From: Octopus sinensis
Lineage: Eukaryota
Reading direction: 5' to 3'
NCBI RefSeq assembly: GCF_006345805.1
Contig: NC_043022.1
Coordinates: forward strand, 24,366,001-24,430,000
DNA length: 64,000 nucleotides
Shown here: positions 1-9,280 of the stretch, piece by piece
How positions within the stretch are numbered: the stretch's first letter is position 1
Layout of the letters: every line of letters starts with the position of its first letter
Program-made: the position numbers and the translations under genes
The notes under the pieces: generated by a model
The model's database searches: none
What the model saw: the letters and a program-made list of their open reading frames with translations, nothing else
What the model was told of the DNA's origin: nothing

Positions 1-29
1 ACTGAACGATAAGCGATTAGGTGACGATC

Positions 30-112
30 ATGCTTGGACCTGAACGGGAAATTGAAACCCTGTCGCTGGAGTTTGCATCTAAAACACCACAGATCAATAA
101 AAATTTCTGGAG
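30..112 (+). CDS. Candidate coding exon (MLGPEREIETLSLEFASKTPQINKNFW-R), unverified
   Basis: ATG at 30, 27 open codons, then GAG|GTATTT donor at 113; unique CpG-retaining sequence. No homology confirmed. Confidence 0.22.
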
Positions 113-353
113 GTATTTAATTAAGGAGAATAAACACAAGCAAGGTGCGAGCGAGTATTAATGAGACTTAAGAGCTTGTAGTATGTGTGCCAGTATATTT
201 TATACATACATACACACACATATATACACAAGCACCTAATATATTTCTATACCTACACACACACACACACACACATAGGTAAGTGTCAATGCACGGTACT
301 CTCGGCCCTTGAGTAACTGTAACTTCTGTCGATTGTTAGTAATGGAAAATATA

Positions 354-763
354 TATTTCTTTACTACCCACAAGGGTCTAAACATGGAGGGGACAAACAA
401 GGACAGACAAAGGGATTAAGTCGATTACATCGACCCAGTGCGAAACTAGTACTTTATTTATCGACTCCCGAGAGGATGAAAGGCAAAGTCGACCTCGGTG
501 GAATTCGAACTCAAAACGTAACGATAGACGAAATACCTATTTCTTTATTACCCACAAGGGGCTAAACACAGAGGGGACAAACAAGGACAGACATAGGCAT
601 TAAGTCGATTACATCGACCCCAGTGCGTACCTGGTACTTAATTTATCGACCCCGAAAGGATGAAAGGCAAAGTCGACCTCGGTGGAATTCGAACTCAAAA
701 CGTAACGATAGACGAAATACCGCTAAGCATTTCGCCCGGCGCGCTAACGTCTCTGCCAGCTCG
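354..763 (-). mobile_element. tRNA-derived SINE family A, head-to-tail dimer
   Basis: Head CGAGCTGGCAGAGACGTTAGC...GAGTTCGAATTCC (A/B-box like) on the minus strand; ~184-bp body repeated twice; matches many other copies in the window. Confidence 0.9.
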
Positions 764-1104
764 AGAAAATATACTCGTGTTTTGAGTTCTATTTTCCTAT
801 TTGCATCACTGTATATACACACACTTGCGCGCGCGAATTCGGATTTACAAACAGAGGCAAAAAGAAAAAAGCAACAACAAAAAAAAAAGAAAAGCATGTA
901 CTCAATACATGTAATGGAGTTTATTTCTTTATTCGAAGCTGAGTGAACCCGCCCTCTGCCGCTCGCTGCTCTGTTTCAATTTTACACAGCACTGACATAT
1001 ATTATTTATAATATAATCACTCTCTCTCTCTCTCTCTCTGTCTCTCACACTCACACACACTCACTCACTCACTCACTCATTCACTCACTGCTGGTACTAC
1101 TGTT

Positions 1105-1624
1105 TTTTCGTCTGCCGTTACGTTGCGAGTTCAAATTTCGCCGAAGTCGGCTTTGCCTTTCATCCTTTCGGGGTCGATAAATTTAGTACCAGTTTCGCAC
1201 TGGGGTCGATGTAATCGACTTAATCCATTCGTCTGTCCTTGTTTGGCCCCTTGGGAGTAGTAAAGAAATAGGTATTTCGTCTGTCGTTACGTTGTGAGTT
1301 CAAATTCCGCCGAGGTCGACTTTGCCTTTCATCCTTTCGGGGTCGATAAATTTAGTACCAGTTACGCACTGGGGTCGATGTAATCGACTTAATACTTATG
1401 TCTGTCCTTGTTTGTCCCCTCTGTGTTTATCCCCTTGTGGGTAATAAAGAAATAGGTATTTCGTCTGTTGTTACGTTCTGAGTTCAAATTCCGCCGAGGT
1501 CGACTTTGCCTTTCATCCTTTCGGGGGTCGATAAATTAAGTACCAGTTCCGCACTGGGGTCGATGTAATCGACTTAATACCTATGTTTGTCCTTGTTTAG
1601 CCCCTTGTGGGTAGTAAAGAAATA
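1105..1624 (+). mobile_element. SINE family A, 5'-truncated trimer with TSD
   Basis: Three ~184-bp units (starts ~1105, 1272, 1456); flanked by GGTACTAC(TAC)TGTT at 1093-1104 and 1625-1639. Confidence 0.9.
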
Positions 1625-2399
1625 GGTACTACTACTGTTACTCAGCCCAGACGTAGCATGAACTGGCTCAGCGCGCACACACATATCCAAAAGAGTTTTT
1701 CAACCCAGTCTTTACACGCTATTGTTTTACAGCTTTGTATGCGTGCTTCGGGATACACTATTCCAAAAAAAAAAAAGAATACACACACACACACACACAT
1801 ATATAAATAAACATACACACATTGTTGGCACAACCGCTCTTCAGTCCAGACGCAGCATGATCTGGCACACACACATACATACACACACACACCTGGGCTG
1901 TAAGAACTGTACCAGCAGAATAAATTAAGAGAAACTTTACCGATTCCACAGAGTCCAGCAGAAAAATCTACAGCTAGACTGCTGCTGCTGCTGCACAGCA
2001 ATGATGTCATGTTACTATGTTAGAATCGAGCAGTGTTTCCAGCCGGAAGATAGCCTTGCACATATGGTGGTGGTGGTGTTGGTGGGAGTAGTGGACAGAG
2101 ACGGAGTGGCAGAAGGTAGAATCGAGGGGGTGGAGATAGAGAAAACAAGGCGGTACTGATGTATGGAGAAGCTGAGAGAAAGATAGAGGGGTGGGAAGAG
2201 TTGAAGTGGGAGGAGAGATAATATGAGGTGGGGGTTATGTAGAGGAACAGGAAGAAGGGGGGGAGAGGTTGTTATGTTGAAGTATGGAGACTGAGGCAGA
2301 CTTAGACGGATTGGGATATTATAGGCAGCTAGGTAGATAGAGAGATAAGCAGACAGATGGATGGTGATACACAAGGTAGATAGACAGACAGGCACGGAT

Positions 2400-2473
2400 A
2401 GCTAGGTATATAGATAGATAGATAGACAGACAGAAAAGGTAAATAGACATAGGTGTAGACAAGCACAGGTAGC

Positions 2474-2513
<40 letters not shown>

Positions 2514-2528
2514 TAGATAGATAGGTAT

Positions 2529-2576
<48 letters not shown>

Positions 2577-2880
2577 GTAGCTAGGTATATAGATAGATAG
2601 ACAGACACGACTAACAGACGTAGATGTAGACAAGCATGGGTAGCTAGGTATATAGATAGATAGACAGACAGACAGGTAAATAGGTTGATGTAGTAGCTAG
2701 GTATATAGATAGATAGACAGACACGGGTAAATAGGTAGATGTAGATAGACAGATATAGATAGGTTTACAGATGTAGATAGACAGACATGGGTAGCTAGGT
2801 AGATACCTATAGATAAAAAGACAGACATGGGTAGCTGGGGAGACACATATAGAAAAATAGATAGATAGATAGATCGGTAA
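2400..2880. repeat. Compound (GATA)n/(GACA)n/(TA)n microsatellite
   Basis: Direct reading of tetranucleotide repeats. Confidence 0.95.
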
Positions 2881-3330
2881 GAGACAGATAAGTCAGTTGA
2901 GATATGGAAGCGGTCTTGTCTGTTGTGTTATGACAAGATAGAAAGACCGGTGGGGTGGAAGTATGGAAATAGTTATAAAAGCGCAGGGGTCTTATATATA
3001 TATATATATATATATTTACACACAGCTCACATTGTCAATAAAAAACGTTTTCCAAACCAGAGTCGAACGTACATTCGTCGATATCTTTTACTAAGGCAGA
3101 ACGTAAAGTCTGAGACTGGGTAGGAGTTTATTGTTAGACGCTGGACTCCTGGGAGGATTGAAAGGGGAAAAAAGAAACAAACTGACCGACGTGGGATTTG
3201 AAATGACAACGCAAAGAGCCGGAACAAATACCGTAGCGATTCTACCAACCAACCGTTCTCTCTCACAATGCAAGATAATTATGGGGGTGAAGGGGTAGGG
3301 TGGGGGAGAGGCAGGATGGATAGTCTACAG

Positions 3331-3429
3331 CAGTTGTCCCCAACCTTTTCGTTACTAAGGACCCCAATTATTTAAATGAGTTTCCCACGGACCTCTTTTA
3401 ATATACCTACCTACATACATACATACATG

Positions 3430-3469
<40 letters not shown>

Positions 3470-3704
3470 GAAATGAGGTACTCAGAAATTCTGATGGTTT
3501 TATATTTACAGATATTTATTTGTATATTACATATAAAACCATCCGAATTTCTGAGTACCTCATTTCTTCTAATATAAAATACCTGTACATCATCTCCAAA
3601 CCTTCTAATATATATATATATAATATATATATATATATGAAATTTTGAATTTAGTTCTCGGACCCTCGGTATTACCTTTGCGGACCACAGGTTGGGAACC
3701 AGCA
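3331..3704. mobile_element. hAT (Charlie-like) MITE
   Basis: Imperfect TIRs CAGTTGTCCCCAACC / GGTTGGGAACCAGCA; perfect 8-bp TSD GTCTACAG at 3323-3330 and 3705-3712. Confidence 0.85.
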
Positions 3705-4832
3705 GTCTACAGAATAGCTCCGAATGTATGACTGGTACTTAATCGACGCCGGTGGGACTTGAACTGTAAACCACCGAGTTTGATACATAAATGGACAACA
3801 GGAGACGAATGTTGTGACAGATGCAGGATAGAATATACTCCTGTACACTGGTTTAAGGTTCAAACGTGGCGGTGGCAGACCCGACTTTCACAATGGACAT
3901 TAGTACGGACTAGTAAATATACTGAGGTAGCAGGGGGGAGGTGTCTGTTAATCATATGCAAATATACACACCAGTGTAAACATACACAACCATGCAGACA
4001 TACAATTATATATACACACAAACACTACGAGAAAATTGGTGTATAAACAGGCAAAATAAATCACCACCACCACAGAGAGACAGAGACAGAGGAAGAGAGG
4101 GTGTGTGATAGAGGGAGAGAGAGAGAGACTACCATCGGACCGAGTCTCAGGAGTTAGTTTCGATTCCCAATCGAAACCCTTTCACATCACTTTTACACCA
4201 AATAATTGTATTACAGGGAGAAAAGAGGAACACGAACGTAACATCATTTTCTGCCCTCAGCATAACAAGGAACCCCCTTTTTTTTTTAATACTACGTATG
4301 AGATCATCATCATCATCATCACCACCAACATCGTGGTCGCCGTCTTCGCCGAGTGATTTACAATGAGTCGTGGGTGTACGACGACGACGGCGAGTACCAC
4401 CCAAGCAGCGGTAGATGAAGCCTTCATGTACATGGTGTTTCACAGACACACAGTCAGCCGTTAAGCACCGCTACCCGTGTTGTGGAAGTAATTTTATCTT
4501 GATAACACGGGATTGTTCTAGAACATTACCAAGACCCACGTGAACGAAATAGGTGGGGGAGGGGATGTAAGAGTCTTAGAGATAAGAACACACACACACA
4601 CTCTTTCTCTCTCTTTCTCACACACACACACACACTTGTATAAAGTTTAAACACTCGTTCTTGACAAAAGGAATTTATCACGCAGTTTTCTTTTTTTTAC
4701 CTGAAACCAAGCAAACAAATTTCCCCCAAATTGGGCAAACAACTCCTTAGGCAACAATAGGCATGGGCAAACATAGGTTTTCCTAAATCAGGGTTGACAA
4801 CTGCATATCCAGCACTATGTTTCCCAACATTC

Positions 4833-5253
4833 GGATCTTTTCGGTTTGAACGGCAGTTTTTTTTCTAGCGGTGTCATATGAAATTGTCACCCATAATTAT
4901 GACCCTAGAATCGATCTATTGCATTTCAATCTGTTTTAGGGTTAGGGACAGGGGTGGGGTATCTTTTTTTTCTTCACAAATGTAAATAAACCCAATCTGT
5001 TTCTTAAACGAGGGACATATTCATACGGCACAGAATGTTTTATTTTTTTTACCTCAATGGACGTCACTGATTGGTTGAAATTGCAGAAACTGAAGAAAAA
5101 AAAACAACAAATATCTTACAAACTATAGAATTTTCTCAATAAAGCCAAGAGAAAAAGATGTTTTATAAACACATTCTACCAGTATACAAAGTTTATAATT
5201 TTTTAATTACCTACAAATTATGTTAAAAACTGCCGTTCAAATCGAAAAGATCC
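4833..5253. mobile_element. MITE with ~28-bp GGATCTTTTCGGTTTGAACGGCAGTTTT TIRs (superfamily uncertain, possibly Merlin)
   Basis: Left TIR at 4833; right TIR AAAAACTGCCGTTCAAATCGAAAAGATCC ending at 5253; second copy at 45772-46098. Confidence 0.8.
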
Positions 5254-5740
5254 CAAGGGTCTAAATCTGGACAAACACTAGGCAAACAACACAGTTTGTT
5301 AAATACTTGGCAAACCTTAGGTTTTCTCGAACTGAACAAACAGCAGTTTAGCTAAACATAAGGGTAATTTCCCTTAAAACTGGGTAAACCACATTTTGTC
5401 TAACACTTGGTAAACACAAAATTTTCTAAAATTAGGCAAACAATCAAACTGCAGAATATCAACAATGTGTGTATGTGTGTGTGGAAGCATACACACATTA
5501 GAAGAGTTGTGTAAAGATACATTAGTAGAATACTGGGCTAAAGGGGATGCTCTAGCATGGCCTTAGCCAGAGCAGATTTAACAATATAAAGAATAGGCAC
5601 AGACATGGTCGTGTGGTAAGAACCTTGCTTGGGTTCAGTCCCATTGTATGGCACCCAGGGCAAGTTTCTTCTACTAGAGCACCAAGCTGACCAAACCCTT
5701 GTCAGTGGATCTGGAAACTGAAAGAAGCCCATCGTGTGTG

Positions 5741-5777
<37 letters not shown>

Positions 5778-5780
<3 letters not shown>

Positions 5781-5941
5781 TTCCTCCATCTTTTTTTCTA
5801 TTGGACTTTCCTCTGTTTCTGAAGAAGAGCTTTGCTCGAAACATTAAACCGTCTTTCTTTCCTTCTTTGAACGTCTGCTAATACTTTACATGTACTACTA
5901 TGTCCTCACATTGTTTTTTGTGTTTGTTGTTCTGTTTTTGG
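5778..5941 (+). mobile_element. Short Penelope-like-element LTR remnant carrying a hammerhead motif, inserted in (TA)n
   Basis: T-rich ~160-bp unit between (TA)n tracts; contains CTGAAGA-A-GAGC-TTT-GCTC-GAAAC; related to 24787-24986 and 56904-57062. Confidence 0.6.
5815..5849 (+). ncRNA. Minimal type I hammerhead ribozyme motif (stem III mismatch)
   Basis: GUUU-CUGAAGA-A-GAGC/UUU/GCUC-GAAAC-AUU-AAAC; stem I is GUUU/AAAC. Confidence 0.6.
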
Positions 5942-5972
<31 letters not shown>

Positions 5973-6012
5973 TGCACACACACACACACATATATTGTAC
6001 TGTATAGGTGTA

Positions 6013-6180
6013 TCATCATCTCATCATCTTCGTTTAGCGTCCGCTTTCCATGCTAGCATGGGTTGGACGGTTCAACTGGGGTCTGGGAAGCCAGAAGGCT
6101 GCACCAGGCCCAGTCTGATCTGGCAATGTTTTTACAGCTGGATGCCCTTCCTAATGCCAACTGCCCTTCCTAACGCCATC
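6013..6180 (-). mobile_element. Family C: RTE-derived non-autonomous element with (GAT)n tail
   Basis: (CAT)n followed by CGTCCGCTTTCCATGCTAGCATGGGTTGGACGG...GCTGGATGCCCTTCCTAA; the GGAAGGGCATCC motif is typical of RTE 5' regions. Confidence 0.8.
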
Positions 6181-6835
6181 ATGTATGTCTGTGTTATGTT
6201 TGTCCCCCACCACTGCTTGAAGTCCAGAGATCGTTTATGTTCCTGTAACTTAGCAGTGCGACAATAGAGACCGACAGAATAAGTACCAGACTTAAAACTA
6301 ACCAGTGGGGTCGCTTTGTTCGACAAGTCCCTTCAAGTCCCTTAAGGTGGTGTTTCCCCACGCCCCCTCCAGCAAAACCACAGTCCAATGACTGAAACAA
6401 GCAAAAGATATAAAGATAACAAGTTGCAGTGCTCCAGCATGGCCGCAGTCGAATGACTGAAACAAGTAAAAGGTAAAAAGATAACAGTGAAAGATAAAAG
6501 ATAATGATGTATGGAATTCAGTCAGTCTCTCTGTTATAAGTTCAAATCCCACTGGAGTTCACTTTGATTTTTTTTTCTTAGTCTGGCGCCAAGGTTGGTG
6601 CAACGTGTATTTGTGCAGATGTGTGCTTCTGTACATGCGTATGAACATTTGTGCAAAACTGGTGACTGTTTCAAGAAAATAATCTGCTGATTTGGGTGGG
6701 TGGGGGCGGATTCAGAATTCTTGGAAACTCTGTGTGTACGTGGGTTTCTATTAGAGTCTGTTTTAGTGTGTCTGTTAGAGAGAGAGAATGTGTATCTATA
6801 TGTGTTTATTAGAGAAATATGTGAGTGTGTGTACA

Positions 6836-7195
6836 TAGGCGCAGGAGTGGCTGTGTGGTAAGTAGCTTGTTTACCAACCACATGGTTCCGGGTTCAGTCC
6901 CACTGCATGGCACCTTGGGCAAGTATCTTCTACTATAGCCTCGGGCTGACCAAAGCCTTGTGAGTGGATTTCGTAGATAGAAACTGAAAGAAGCCCGTCG
7001 TATATATGTATATATATATATATATATGTGTGTGTGTGCGTGTGCGTGTATGTTTGTGTGTCTGTGTTTGTCCCACCCAACATCGCTTGACAACCGATGC
7101 CGGTGTGTTTATAACTTAGCGGGTCGGCTAGTTGCTCGATTAAAGGCGGTGCTCCAGCATGACCGCAGTCAAATGACTGAAACAAGTAAAAGAGT
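6836..7195 (+). mobile_element. tRNA-derived SINE family B (internal (TA)/(GT) microsatellite)
   Basis: Head GGCGCAGGAGTGGCTGTGTGGTAAG...GGTTCAGTCCC, then CCTTGGGCAAG, internal microsatellite, tail CAAATGACTGAAACAAGTAAAAGAG. Confidence 0.9.
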
Positions 7196-7352
7196 ATGTT
7201 AAACTGTTTTTGTATGTCTGTGACAGAGAGAATATATATGTGTTTATTTGAGAGAGGGAGAGAAAGAGTACATGTGTATGTGTGTGTCTATTAGAGAGAA
7301 TGTGTATATGAGTATGTGTTTGTAAGACATTCTATGAGAAAGAGTGCATGTA

Positions 7353-7391
<39 letters not shown>

Positions 7392-8074
7392 CTATGCCTG
7401 TTTTTGTTACAGACAGGCTTTTTGTGTACTTTACTAGTGTGTGTGTGTGTGTATGTAAGAGAGAATGCGTGTGTTTTTCTTCCCTGTGTATGCGTGCAAG
7501 GTATTAAATATGAATGCATGTATATGTTTGTAAATAAGCCTATATCTGTATGTCGATGATGTGTATGTGTGTAGATGAAATTAAGCCAATGACATGGTGC
7601 TTTAAGCCATCCTAATCCAGCTAATCCCCTAGATCCCATGGAGTCAGAAATACTTGCAATATTAAGTAATTAATAAAGATTATCATTATTATTATTATTA
7701 TTATCATCATCATCATCATCAACATCATACTATTGCTTCTATTAATACTACTACTACCACAACCCATTATGATAATTATTATTACAGTAAGGTTGGGCCC
7801 CAGACGTTATTATCGTGTAACAACACCACATATAAGGGGTTAATAACAACAGATGTATGTCTGCGTGTGCATGTGTAAGCTATGTGGGGCAGATACTGTG
7901 TACAGAAGTTTATGCATTATACACACAGACACGTTATATACATACATACATATTTTACTTTCATTATGTTCTCCTTTCCCACTACCTTCTTCTGGCATGC
8001 ACTAACATGTCCACAAATCCCCTCTCTCTCTCTTTCACTAAATAGGGGTCATAACAAAGAAATCTAAGACAGTC

Positions 8075-8225
8075 TGTCGATGGGAACTCATCCTGAATGT
8101 CATATTACTTTAATAGAATCTGTTCAAGAATTAGAGAAGAAATTCCGCAATTCCACACACAGAAGCAATGTCTAGAAATGAGATGTCTAAAAGTAAACCT
8201 AGCCCAGACAAAAAGTTTTAGTTTG
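8075..8225 (+). mobile_element. Decayed RTE-clade LINE reverse transcriptase fragment
   Basis: Frameshifted peptides WEL.., IESVQELEKKF, KQCLEMRCLKVNLAQTK resemble the RTE RT region just after YADD. Confidence 0.55.
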
Positions 8226-8279
8226 CAAGGAAGAGGAAAAGAGGGCTCGGATCTTTTCGGTTTGACTGGCAGTTCAAAC

Positions 8280-8349
8280 GGGGACATAAACACACCAGCA
8301 TCGGTTGTCAAGCAATGCTAGGGGGACAAACACAAACACACACACACGC

Positions 8350-8382
<33 letters not shown>

Positions 8383-8541
8383 CGACGGGCTTCTTTCAGT
8401 TTCCGTCAACCAAATCCACTCACAAGGCTTTTGGTCAGCCCGAGGCTATAGTAGAAGACACTTGCCCAAGGTTCTACACAGTGGGACTGAACCCGCAACC
8501 ATGTGGTTGGTAAACAAGCTACTTACCACACAGCCACTCCT
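8280..8541 (-). mobile_element. SINE family B, partial
   Basis: Reverse complement of the family B head and body. Confidence 0.88.
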
Positions 8542-9044
8542 TGAAAGTATATGTGTGTATAAGAGAGAGAGTGTGTGTGTGTGTATGTGTGTGATTGTAT
8601 GGGTGGTTTAGTATGACATATCCATGAATCTGGATATGTACCTGCAAATATGAGATTGCCTATATATGTACATTGTATGTTATATACGTAGTTTTACTGT
8701 GCGCCAGCTTACACAGGTGTATATATACACGTTATAGACTTACACATTGCCAAATCCAGACATGATACCATACATATACACCCATCCAGCCAGGCATTGA
8801 GTTGATGCCAACTGGTAGTGGAAGAGGGTAAATGGTGCCAATTAATCATTTTTAGCTAACATGAAGTGAACCATGTTAACACTTAGGGGCAAGGCTAGCA
8901 ATGTTGGTGGGGATCACAGATAAAAGGGAGCAGAAGTAACCCTTTCTACTGATATACTCATGGGCTCTACTCCAAAACATATAAGGGAAACACTTGAGTC
9001 GCTAGAAAAAAACAGCTAAGTATCCTTCAAATCATACTCTCATG

Positions 9045-9280
9045 ATCATCATCATCGTTTAATGTCCGTTTTCCATGCTAGCATGGGTTGGACGGTTCGA
9101 CCGGGGTCTGGGAAGCCAGGAGGCTGCACCAGGCTCCAGTCTGATCTGGCAGTGTTTCTACAGCTGGATGCCCTTCCTAACGCCAACCACTCCGTGAGTG
9201 TAGTGGGTGCTTTTTACGTGCCACCGGCACAGGGGCCAGGCAAGGCAGGCAACGGCCAAGATCGGATTGGTGCTTTTTAC
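9045..9280 (-). mobile_element. Family C RTE-derived element
   Basis: Well-preserved copy, (CAT)n tail at 9045. Confidence 0.85.

Noticed and set aside
1-112. Minus-strand exon reading EIFIDLWCFRCKLQRQGFNFPFRSKHDRHL
   Set aside because: An open frame and acceptor exist, but I recognise no family and it competes with the plus-strand model; it cannot be supported without a homology search.
623-946. Recurrent ORFs such as [34 protein letters not shown] and MGWTVRPGSGKP
   Set aside because: These are read-throughs of non-coding SINE-A, SINE-B and family C copies; recurrence reflects repeat copy number.
4935-4955. TTAGGGTTAGGG as an interstitial telomere
   Set aside because: Only two units, and part of the MITE consensus (also seen at ~45795).
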